Positions 1-12,100 of a stretch of 64,000 nt of DNA are shown piece by piece. The notes below the pieces were generated by a model. It saw only the letters and a list, made by a program, of their open reading frames with translations. It was not told the DNA's origin and searched no databases. A program made the position numbers and the translations under genes. The stretch is from Catajapyx aquilonaris. Taxonomy: Eukaryota. Numbering within the stretch: position 1 is the first letter of the stretch; every line of letters begins with the position of its first letter. The stretch is taken from NCBI GenBank assembly GCA_000934665.2, contig KZ538699.1, positions 1 to 64,000 of the forward strand. The letters are read 5' to 3'.

Positions 1-550
1 ACGAGAATATGGCCATTGGTGCTGATGATCAAATATTGAAAAATTAACCCTGACCGATCTTCTTCACGTAAACTTTACCCATCACTGTCATAAAAATTAG
101 TGAAATGACGGGGAAAAACTGTGGGATATCTTAAAAAGTGGCTCAATCTCATTCGGTTGGACGGTAGCCTAAAACCCTAAGTTATATTTTTAAAAATTAT
201 GTAGTGGTTCCGGAGACTCGAGAAAATTATATCAAGGGTCCCGCAAGGGTGAAAAGGTTGAGAAACTCTGCTCTAGAGTCTAGAGTCTCTACAGTCTAGA
301 CTATACTGCCAGGCACCTCAGTGCCACGGTACCTCGGTGATATGGCGCTCCAGTGATATGGCGCTCCGGTGATATGGTGCAGGGTGCGGTGGGAGAACGG
401 GACAAACAAACAAACTTTGCCTTTTATATAAGGTATAGGATGTGTCTTTTTTTTGTATATAGTATACACTAGTTGCAATGCACAATTAATTTCAGCAGCT
501 ACGACAGGCTCAAGATTTAATTCGAAGCAAGGTTTCAGCAAGGGGCAGAG

Positions 551-3500
551 TTAGTCAAAACTGTAGTTCTCTTCCAAGTCTGTTCCATGGAGCTGTATTT
601 CAGTGGCCGTAAGAAGGACGTTCTTTTTTTTGGACTCGGTTAGTATATATCCAACGGCTTTACGTAGAATAGGCTTCTTATAGAAATCTGTAAAAAAAAC
701 GCAATGAATAGCAGCCATGTGCAAAATCATTCTCCAAGTTTGGCACAATTGGAAGATTTTTGAAAAATTTCTGGAAGCAGGAGCTTCATAATTTGTTGGA
801 AATGAAGTGTCCAAGTTCGCTTCGGCAACGACGTATTTTATAGTGTATAGCAGAATCTTCCAATCACGCTGGGCCATGATTTCAATAATACTTACATTTG
901 TGTTCCTTTACTTTTGGAGGCTCAAGCATTGCGAGACAATCTGAAATCGCAAATTGGCTTAACATTTTTCCATTACATGTTAACAGTAGCAAGTTCGCTA
1001 TTCGCAAAACTGCTTGCATAAATCATCTCTCAGGAAATGATTTTAGCAAGTGTTAGACATATTATGAGGATTTTCTAACCATCGTAAAAAATAATCGAGT
1101 ATAGAAACCTGCATTTTCAATATGTCATGTGTTATAAGATGATGAACCAGCAACGTACCTCTAATTTTGACACATTCATTATCGTGATGGTTCCGTAATA
1201 TTGCATTTTTCATACACAATTCGGAACAATATTTGATTTTGCAATTCTTGCACTGTACACTTTTCTTTTTTGGTAGTTTTCTTCCACATTCGATGCAAAT
1301 CTTTATCGATATAATGAGCCCCTGTGGTGGGATTAAAGTCACACGTACAGTATAATTCATTCACAATTGTACACCCATACAGTAAATATAACTTGTACTG
1401 TATAAGGGTGTTCCAAATTCGTGGGTAGTTTTTATTTTCGATAGCAGTTATTTTCTGTAGCTTGTTGTGCCCTTACCACAGGTGCCCCATCACTCCCAGG
1501 AAGGTCGAATATAGTAGTTGCTATAGACTGGGGCACCTGGTTAGGGGCACAACAAATTACAAAAAATAACTGCTATCAGTATTTATATAAAAAGACACTT
1601 ACCGCCAAGTTCATACTGCCAATAGTCTTCATTAAGACCTCTCGAAGGTCAACAACTAATTTCTGTCTCTCCTCTTCTGTCAGATTCGGATTGTCTACAC
1701 GCTTATGAACATCGCCCAGACGAGAGCACATGTCCTTACGCCTCAGTCTACCCAAATGCTCTCGCATTTGCTTCCTGTGCGTCCCTCGTTCGCGGTCGTT
1801 GAATCCAGTAGATTTTTCGTAACCTTCCTTTCTTCTGCATTCAAAAAAATACAAGGTGTATTGCAATATCTCTCATGGAATTGAATTGAGATTGGAAAAA
1901 TACTTACGTCGCATCAACCTGCTGATGGTAAAACTCAGCAATTGGTACACCTTCCTTGTCATCCGGCTTGATTTTCAACTTTTTGGTAATATCTCCACCT
2001 TTTTTCAGAAGAGTACGGAGAATTTCTTTTTGCTCTTTTAAATTACGCCCGAGTTCGTTGTCAATGCTGACTGCTGCGACCAAAGCGGATCCGGTACCCA
2101 TGGATAGGTCCTTGTTCGGGTCTGCACCAGCATCCAGTAGAGCATTCAGAAGGAACTCATTTCCGTGCTTAATCGCTAGTGACAGAGGGTTCTGCCCGTA
2201 GACCTCTTCGTTGACATCAGCTCCACCTTTAATCAAGCTTTTCACTGTCGTTGTCAATAATCTTTGCCGTGTTGTATGTCTCCATTGGTCATTTTCTGTC
2301 AGAATTAAACATGTTTAATCAGAAAACAAGAATTTTAACGTGAAGCTGTGGGCCAAATGGTGTTTCGGACACTCATTCTGTCCTGCACCCTCTGAGTATA
2401 CCGTTACCTGCGACACATTCCTCAACACGTGGCAAATGAGGAATGTGTCGTAGGTAGAAACGATCACAGGACATTTTAGCGATTAGAGAAATAATTACCT
2501 TCCACGTCTGAGTCTTTGAATTTGACCTCTTTGCCTTCCAAATATTTTTCCACCTTGTCCCTGTTACGAGTAGGCTCGGTTTTCCTTCCATCACGTATTT
2601 TTCGGGGATCTGAACTTTTCTTGTCACCTGTACCCAATGTTTCATCGTTTGTATACTGCTTTCTGGCCCCTGCTTTACCCTTGCTGTCGCCTGCAGGCAG
2701 TTTCTTTTGTCGACCTGATTTTTCTACGTCTTCTATTTTTTCATAGCTGTCCGTCGTCATCATAATTCCAACGCTAATTGCTTCGCTTGAAAACTCTTTT
2801 ACCATGATTAGATTTTGGGAGTCACTTCCTGTAGGCCTACCCCTCTTCTGAAATAGCTGCGGTCCCTGTTCACCTGAACCACCTTGATCAGATATTTCCA
2901 ATTTTTTCGCAGGTATTGCGATGTTCCTCGCACATATATTCATTTCACTTTGTGTACCCACTTTTTGAATTGAACTACCTTTGATAACGTTAGAGCCCCT
3001 CTTATCTGGGTGATAAATTATTTTCGACTCCTCAGCAATTTTTTTGCGTTTGCTCTGTAGTTTTAAGACGACATGTTTCATTTTGCTGAAGCTCGACTGT
3101 TCACTTTTTCCCTTTTCTAATCTTTCCTTCTTAAACAAATACTTGATAGCTTTTCTTTCTTCCGCGGCCGATTTGATGGGAGACAGCTCAACCTCGCTGA
3201 CTTTTATGATTTTGTCCTCTAAGTTCTCACGTTCTCTGGAACATGCCACATGTAGAGGTTGCATTCCTTGTAACTGATACCCTTCACTATTTATCCATTC
3301 CATCACTAGGTCCTTTCTTTCAGGCCGCTCTAAAGCGAATGACATGTCTGGCAGAGCACGTTGGGTTGGGTCGGCTCCTGCATCCAACTATGCACAAGTA
3401 TACACAGTTTATATCAGAATAACCCAAATATTGGTGTGAAGCATAAAAAAGAATGAGTCGAATACTTACTAAGGTCTTGATGATTTTGCCAATGTCAGGA

Positions 3501-6500
3501 TAATGGGACACGTGGGCAGCTATGTGCAAAGGAGCTACACCCCCATACACGTCAGGCAATGGCATGTTTGGATCAGCGCCTTTGTTCAAAAGGTACTTAA
3601 CCATAGTCAGGTCGCCTGCCCTCACAGCAAGAGTGAGCGGAGTTACGTCTCCCGTGACTTGGTTTATAATAATATTAGCTCCACGCCGTAGCAGAACTTC
3701 GATAGTTGCATACATGAGAGGTTTAGCCTTCTTTTCTGACAGAGACCTAAAATGGACAGTCCAATCAGGTAATACACAAAAATTAATAACGAGTGACTTA
3801 CTACCAGATGAGATATAATTTGGCCCAATGTTACTTCTTATCTATGTATTTGATACAACCCCATTCACTCCTCCTGAGTGACGAAAGTGCTTAACTGCTG
3901 GCCTACCTCATTTGTTTGAGCTTTTCTTGGTACTGGTCATCTTCCTCTTTCTTCGCACGCCGAGAAGCCGCTCTGCTCAATGGCCTATTCCCCGAATCGA
4001 AATCTTCCAATACAATCATGGAGTCTTTAGATCTGGCGGCACTCGGCAGAGGTAGTTCTTCCTCCTTGTTGATTTGACGGTATCTGGGCTGTCCCCTGAA
4101 CCAGTTAACGGGCAAGCGACTCAAGAGTACATATGGGCGAGGCAACCTGGGTTCTTCGACCCATGCTTCCCGTACGCTTTCCTTCTTCACAGTTGAGGAC
4201 GAATTGTCGCTGTGGACGGAGCTTGCCTTGGGAGTAACCGACGGAGTAATACTGCGCTTCATAAGGAGGTCGGCCCTTGACGAGACGCTCTTTTGTATTT
4301 TGTGCCTTTGTTTTTTAGCCGGACGTGCAAGCGGAGGCGCGGCAATGCTGGACAAGGTGACTGGAGGTGAATCTAATGTCCTGCACAATGACATGTCAAT
4401 TTCTCCTGTCCAAACCAGAGGTTGTTCTTCCTTCGCCTGGTCCTGCCCTGGATTTAATTCGATGGGCTTAAAGTACAAGTCGTCTATTGCAGCCACCGTT
4501 TTGTACTTTGTGTAGTATCTGAGCATGGCGACGATTAAAGGGCTTAAACCGTCGTCATTCACGCCGTTGATGTCGGCAGCCCAGTCCAGGAGGAGTGTCA
4601 CCACTTCTGGGTGCCAGTAAGCCTGCATGACAAAGGTCATGTTAATGTTGCTGATTTCAACAGTTACCAGACTGACATACTGACACTGGCAAGAATGATG
4701 GGCGTGTTTCCTCCACCGTCGGCGACATCAGGATCAATGCGATTCTTCAGCAAGAATTCTTTTACATTCCTGTAATCACCTTGGGTTGCTGCCCAGAGAA
4801 ATTCTAGGGTGTTTTCTTCCACAACGCCACGCTCATTGAACATGGTTCGTTCATTTTTCATCACACGGGAAATCATGTGCGGTATCTCCTTCTGAAATGT
4901 CACGCAATTATTTTACTTGGTTAGCCAACCCCAACGATAAACCGGGTATATCAGGTTTTGCCTCACTCTGTAAGTATTTGTGCTACAGGGTGATTCTCTC
5001 GAATGAAAATCCAAACATTCCTCTATAACTTTTAATATTGTATGATTCTCTATTAAAATTGACATGTGCTTACCTTGTATGATGCCAGTTTAGTCTAGAA
5101 CAGTGATTCTAAAACTGTCGGGTACGCCTTCTTGTGGGGTTTACTGAAGGGCCGTACATACAGGATTAAGCCCAGAACAACTGATGCCCTTTAGCCCCGA
5201 TACACGTACCGTGAGGTTTGCTGCCATTATGATGTCACATGAGCACATATACAGTATACACCATCATGTAGACTCGCTACCAAAAGTGCTTGGATGCTGG
5301 AAGGGACCATTTTCAGTATAGTAGGTGTTCTAGACTGACCTTGTTTGGCATCATACCATATATGTAAGTATATGTCAATTATCACACGGTGGCGGAGTGG
5401 TTAGCGCCACAGCCTTCCACCTCTAAGGTCCCGAGTTCGATCCCCGGATCGGACGGATGATACTTACGGCTAATTCCATGCAAAAGTATACATCAGGGTG
5501 AGATTTTAAAATAAATAATTGATATGATATTAAGGTATTTTATGAAAGCTGAGATTGTGTATTTTTTATTTTTGAACAGATATTAGAGAATTTTCGCATA
5601 CATTCAAGTTAACAACAATGTTTATTTCCAATATGGTGGGTGTGCAAATTTTTTTGTTCTAAGTCTCCATAAAAATCTTCATAATTCAACAAGTGAGCTA
5701 GTGTTTTTCATGCAGTAAACTGTGATTTCTATCTCATAAGAACTGGATGAATGTACTATATATTTATCTTTCCATTGCAATGACTTATTCAGTATAAAAC
5801 TTAGCAAGTTTAAATACCATCTTTGTGTGTCGTGTAAGTCACAGTTTTTAGGCCTTTTTAAATTTTTAGCTGTAGTACCAAAATCTAAAAGTTGATATTA
5901 ATTACCTTCTCACTACACAGTAGGACCCTTCAAATAATAGTAATAATTTTGAGGTAATTTTTGCCTGAACATTGTTATGGTCATTCAATTCTTGTCGTGT
6001 AAGTCACACTTCGGCTTGGATGCCACTGTCACTATTGTTTCCCGGCTGTTAAAATGGCACTTACAGTAGTGGAATGGAAGAAAAAGCAAATGTCAGAGTT
6101 AAATCAAGAAGAGAAGTAGGAGCTGTCCTAGATAAGTGCATTGGAAAGGCAAAAAGACAGGTGTAATTTGTTTTAAATGGTGACTTTTAGTGAGAGAGAA
6201 GCGTTGAAGGTAAAATGTAGCGTTTGAGAAGCCATCAATGCCAGACAGTTTGATCCAAACACAGCTGGAGAATTTGCAGAAGTTGCCCAGAGAGTTTATC
6301 CAAATATTAATATTATATTCATTGAATCAAAGGACATTGAAAGAAGAATAGCTACGCTTGATGAAATGTGAACTCCTACTGTAAAAGAAGTTGTTTATTA
6401 TCCTAAGAAAATCTCATTATTTCAGTACACTTGAACATTATGAACTAGAATATTCTCTTATTTCCAATGCTTCCATTCTTGCCTTTTATATTGTTTATTT

Positions 6501-8811
6501 TTAACTTGACTTGACTGCAAATGTAATGGACAGAACTCACTACATGCTGCTTTGTTGGGCAAGTTATACCAATAATTTATAGACCATTTTATACACACAT
6601 ATAGACTGCATACATTGTAGTAACCTACATACACATTCCGCCTTCATGGCATTGTATCCCATGACAGGGTGGCCAGCGATGACCATCAGGTATCACACCT
6701 GGCTATCTCACATGGCAATACAATGAATCCACTGCTGTCTGCTTAGGTACACACATGCATTATACATGTTCAAATGTTAATGATAAGAATTGTTGCCCTG
6801 CACATTCTCATCTAGGCCTATCATTTAAATGTTTTATTAAAATAACATGTAATAAGAGAGATTACTTTGTTTCTGTCCTAAAAATCTAAAATTATTCTCA
6901 TAAATCTCATTAGAAAGCAATGAGGACAAAAGTGTCGTGTAAGTCACGTTTCGAGTGTCGTGTAAGTCACAAAAGAAAAAAATTCTTTCCTGTAAAATTA
7001 ATAACATAACACCAAGTTCACGTAATAATATTTCAATTTGGGTCTTTGAAAATATCCTCCCTATAATAACACTAACATTTAAGTCATAACTGTGAAGAAT
7101 TTTACATTAATATCTGAAGCCTCTGTTACCAGTGGCTTTCTTGTCGTGTAAGTCACACATTCCTTTATATATTTATATAACTCAAATGAAATGTGCAACT
7201 GTTAAAATCAAAACATTAATTAACACTTAGATACATACTGTCTATTTCTGTTTAAACACCCTTTCCTTAAATGCTACGTTTGTGGTTTAAAAATTTAAAA
7301 GGTGGGCATAAACTGAGTGTCATGTCGTGTAAGTCACGCATGGAATTAGCCTTATATGGATAGAGTTTCGATGGGTTCTCTCCGTGTTCGCGTGGGTTTT
7401 CTCGGGGTTCTCCCGTTTCCTCCCGCAATCAAAATCCATCACACGCAGGCAATGATTAAAGACGGTTCACGAAAAGATGATCCCCTAAGAGGCCCAAGGC
7501 CTATCACGGGGTATCCATTATTTATATGTCAATTTTCATATAGAATCATACAACAATTAAAGCTTATTGATGAATGTTTGGATTTACACCCTGATGAAAG
7601 ATGAAGCAAGTTGGCACATCCTTTCCATTTCATTTTTTCTGACATCAATAAGATTTATTCACTGTAATTCGCGCAATAATACCTATATTGATATATCATC
7701 AAACATTTGAGCATGTATACACTATGTGATATTTTTACATGTTTGCAATTTAGATAATAATTGTTTACATTGTTCGCTCCCTTTTGCTGGGAGGGCAGTT
7801 CAGTACAGAAAACAAATCCACAGTGGCGATCAGGAAAAGGAAAGGTAGCCTACTGTACCTATATTGCGAAAATCCATTACTCTGCAGGCTGCTCTTTATT
7901 CTATCCAATGCAAAGTAGGCTACAGTACTTAAAAGAATGTCCAATATCTCAATTTCACAATTTTCCGTTTATAGTAAACAGTACGATTGCTACTAACCTG
8001 AAAGCGCCTGTTATTGAACGCGTGCATTTGCATTTTGCAGTAATGATCCATGTTGTTCCAGGCTGCGATTCTGTGTCTCTCACCCCAGGGCATTCCATCC
8101 CTGTAAGCTGTCCTCAGGGTCTTGTTGTCAAGGCTGAGGCTGTCTGGCTGTCGCACGTACGGGCAATACAACAGATGCGCGTATTCTTCGCAACCCTCAC
8201 CACCTGCCTTCCTCAACTTCTCCGCGGCAACATTCGGAGGTTCTTCGTTAATCAGTGTGCGAAGTCTGTGTTGGATCGGTCCAATCGGGGGCAAGGGAGG
8301 CAGAAAGCTCTGAGTCGTGCAACATCGAAGGAGCGTGTTGTTCTCCCACAAGCCTACGTCTTGCTGACCTGATGGGTATGTCAGGATTCCGGGTCCAAAA
8401 CGACGGTTGCGACGGAACAAACCCTAAAATGTTGCAGGGGTTCACTCATATATAGGACCGATGGACACTGACGTTACTTCACTGAACAAATGAGTGACAT
8501 CTGTAACTCGGACTCACGTGGAATATCTGACCGTCGGGGTATTTCTGAGTGGCGTAGCCTTCTTTTTGTCCAACGCACAATCGGCCTTGGTAGGTCTCGC
8601 CGTCTGGCCATTTGTACTTGGTCTTTCCATTCGGAGTGCCTTTGACGAAGTAGCTTTCACATGCCTGCCCAATACAATGTGGAGTTTTTTGATCGGAATG
8701 GCACCATGCTTATGATTTCTACTATACCTCTGACTCGGAGAACTTCTGCACTCCTTTTCCGGTGCGAAAACCTTGGTCATTGAACCTGCCTGTGTAATCC
8801 GGACCGCTCAT
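551..8811 (-). CDS. ANKMY1: Ankyrin repeat and MYND domain protein 1-like, tandem copy A (about 12 coding exons)
   Basis: ATG at 8811. N-terminal MORN repeats (KYKWPDGETYQG, GPGILTYPSGQQDVGLW), ankyrin repeats (DVADGGGNTPIILAS, TPLTLAVRAGDL, NPLSLAIKHGNE), MYND finger CIEC..CKNC..YCSELC..H..C at about 1165-1310, and C-terminus ENYSFD* (stop 551-553). GT-AG phases join into an uninterrupted ORF. Intron 3 (about 4893-7997) is enlarged by transposons. Confidence 0.88.
1440..1577. mobile_element. Short palindromic MITE-like insertion in an intron of ANKMY1 copy A
   Basis: gatagcagttattt..ttgttgtgccc..caggtgcccca pairs with tggggcacctg..gggcacaacaa..aaataactgctatc. It is absent from the equivalent intron of copy B. 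Confidence 0.55.
5381..7522 (+). mobile_element. tRNA-derived SINE with V-domain-like core (about 255 bp), split by a nested DNA transposon
   Basis: Pol III A box (tggcggagtggt) and B box (gagttcgatccc) lie in 5390-5445. Core ttctctccgtgttcgcgtgggttttctcggggttctcccgtttcctccc at about 7375-7423, followed by an ATT-type tail. Perfect 12-bp target-site duplication tatatgtcaatt at 5369-5380 and 7523-7534. Confidence 0.85.
5468..7351 (+). mobile_element. Decayed non-autonomous DNA transposon (possibly Sola-like) nested in the SINE
   Basis: Perfect 14-bp TIRs ggctaattccatgc (5468-5481) and gcatggaattagcc (7338-7351), with flanks ttac/ttat. Stop-containing transposase-like remnant VKCSV*EAINARQFDPNTAGEFAEVAQRVYPNINIIFIESKDIE at about 6210-6370. 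Six copies of TGTCGTGTAAGTCAC. Confidence 0.75.
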
Positions 8812-9156
8812 ATCGGAAGTTCTTATTTGGAGCCGTAGTTGTAAGGAGCGGTCTAATTATATAATGAGGATATGGTATAGCGATGGAAACGCATCATAAT
8901 CAATAATGAGATAACACTGAACGAGAATATGGCCATTGGTGCTGATGATCAAATGTGGAAAAATTATCCCAAATTCGATTATGAGCCCTCAAATCATTGC
9001 AATAATTGTCCATGTAAACTTGTCCTGGTCTAGTGTATCAGGCAGCAGTTACAATAGCAGTTTGTGAGAAAATATTATGCGCTATACACTCTTTATTCCA
9101 GAAGCTAAGGCAGATTCAAGATTTAATTCGAAGCAAGTTTTCAGCAAGGGGCAGAG

Positions 9157-12100
9157 TTAGTCAAAACTGTAGTTCTCTTCCAAGTCTGTTCCATGGAGCT
9201 GTATTTCAGTGGCCGTAAGAAGGACGTTCTTTTCTCTGCACTCGGTTAGTATGTATCCAACGGCTTTCCGCAGAATAGGCTTCACATCGCAATCTGTAAA
9301 ATAGGATTTTATTAAAAGTAGTCTCGTTAGGCATGATCGGAAGATCTGTTGGAAATGAAGTGGCCAAATTTGCTTAGGCAAATTGCGTAATTTCCATAGA
9401 AAAACAATATTTTCCAATCATGCTGTAATGGTTGCTTGTCCATTATTTACAAGTACGGTGTACTACTTACATTTGGGTTTTGGTTCTTCAGCTATTTGAG
9501 GTCCAAGCTTGAGACATTCTGAAAAGATAAATCGACTTAACATTATTTCATCACTGATCTTGTTAAAAATAATAAGTTCGCTTTTCGTAACACTCCGTGG
9601 ACAATTATAAATCAGCTCTCACGGAAAGATTTTAGCAAATCTGTCAGAATGCGAGACTTTTCATGCGCTCCAGTGATTTTATGAATTCATGCTTTTGGAC
9701 ACTAGCTTATAATTATAGTGTTTATTGGCCGGCAAATAAACACCACGGCACTAAAATGTAGGGTGCAAACCTGCATTTTTAAATGTTTATCTCGTTTGGT
9801 GGTAAAATAATGAAACAGTAACTCACTTGCAACTTTATCACATTCCGCTCCGCAATGATTCCGTATTACTGCATCTTTCTTACACAATTTAGAGCAATAT
9901 GTGATTTTGCATCCCATGCACATTACACCTTTGCCTTTTGGTAGTTGTCGTCCACATTCGAAGCAAATTTTTATTGATGCCATGAGCTCCTGTGGTGGAA
10001 TTAAGGTCACATGTATGCTATAATAATCATATGCACATACATTATTTTATACACACAGAATTCTCACTTGTATAGGGTACAGTACGTACGCGTATATATT
10101 AGGCAATAGACACTTTTATAATATTAATAGCAGTAACCCATTCGTAATTTTTAAATGGTCCTTATTGATATCCTGTATCAGAGATATAAGCATATACTCG
10201 TATGTAAATGTTCCCCATCGCCATATACCTATGTATAGGTACAGTAGCTATACACATATAGGCTATTGATATTCCGGGGTCACGTCATGAGCCCCACGAT
10301 TGAATGCATGACAGATCGAACCACAATATTTACCCCTAAGTATGAGCTGGCTAGAGACATCATTATGATAGCTCGAAGTTCAACAATTATTTCGTGTCTC
10401 TCCGCCAGTGTCAGATTCGGATCTTGCAAACGCTTTTGAAGTTTGTCCAGACGACGACGCGTGTGTTTACGCTTCAGTTTTACCAAATGCTCTCGCATTT
10501 GCCTCCTGTGGACCGCTCGTTCGAGGTCGTTGAATCCAGTGTATCTTTCATAACCTATCTTTCTTCTACATTCAAAAAAATACATGGTATATTGCAATAT
10601 CTCTCATGGAAAATTGAATTCAGATTGGAAAAATACTTACGTCGCATCAACCTGCCGATGGTAAAACTCAACAATTGGTACACCTTCCTTGTCATCGGGC
10701 TTGATTTTCAACTTCTTGGAAATATCTCCACCTCTTTTCAGAAGAGTACGGAGAATATCTTTTTGATCTTTTAAATTACGCTTGCGTTCGTTGTCAATGC
10801 TGACTGCTGCGGCCAGTGCGGATCCGGTACCCATGGATAGGTCCTTGTTCGGGTCTGCACCAGCATCCAGTAGAGCATTCAGAAGGAACTCGTTTCCGTG
10901 CTTAATCGCTAGTGACAGAGGGTTCTGCCCGTAGACCTCTTCATTGACATCAGCTCCACCTTTAATCAAGCTTTTCACTGTCGTTGTCAATGCTTTTTTC
11001 CGTGTCATTTGTCTCATGCGCTTAGCTTCTGTCAGAAAAGAAACATGTTCAGAAAACAAGACCTTCCTCGTAAAGCTTTGGCCAAATAATATTTCGGACA
11101 CTCGTTCTGTCCTGCACAGTCAGAAAATACATAATTGCGACACATTCCTCAGGACGTGGCAAATGAGGAATGTGTCCCAGGCAGTAACGATCACAGAACG
11201 GAAATTACCTTGCTCCTCTGGATCTAGGAATTTGACCTCTTTGCCTTCCATATCTTTTTTCACCTCGTTCCTGCCACGATTAGGCTCGGTTTTCCTTCTA
11301 TCACTTATTTTTCGGGCATTTGAGCTTTTCTCGCCTCCTGCCCCCAATGTTCCATCCGTTAAGTCCTGCTTTCTGGCCCCAGCTTTACCATTGCTGTCGC
11401 CTGTAGCCAGTTTCATTTGTCGAACATCTACTTTGTCATATCTGTCCTCCTTCATTTTTCTAATGCCCGTCGCTTCGCCTGAACGTTCTTTATCAATGAC
11501 TGGATTTTTGTTGTTCTTTCCCGTACCCCTCTTCTGAAATAGCGGCTGTCCCTGTTCACTTGGGAAACCCAGAACAGATATTTCTGATTTTTTCGCAGAT
11601 ATTGCGATGTTCCTCGCACTTTTCTTGATTTCAATTTGGCTGCCCACGTTTTGAGTTGAACGATCTTTCCTAACGTCAAGCGCAGAGTCTCTGCTATCTG
11701 GTCGATCAGATTTTTTCGATTCATCAGCTGGTTTTTTGCGTCTGCCCTGTAGTTTTGAGATGGCACTTTTCATTTTGCTCAGTCGTGACTGTTCAAATTT
11801 CGCCTTTTCTGATTTTTCTATCCTCTCCTTCTGAAACAAATACTTGATAGCTTTTCTTTCTTCCGCGGCCGATTTCATGGGAGACAGCTCAACCTCGCTG
11901 ACTTGTATAATTTTGTCCTCTAAGTTCTCAAGTTCTCTGGAACATGCCACATGTAGAGGTTGCATTCCCTGTAGCTGATACCCTTCACGATTAATATATT
12001 CCATCACTAGGTCCTTTCTTTCAGGCCGCTCTAAAGCGAATGACATGTCTGGCAGAGCACGTTGGGTTGGGTCAGCACCTGCATCCAACTATGCACAAGT

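Noticed and set aside
5381..5467. tRNA gene
   Set aside because: It has A and B boxes but no convincing cloverleaf. It continues into a SINE core and is bounded by a TSD, so it is a SINE head.
5828..7337. CRISPR-like array of TGTCGTGTAAGTCAC
   Set aside because: The repeat is only 15 bp, spacing is irregular (8 to 925 bp), the context is eukaryotic, there are no cas genes, and it lies within TIRs.
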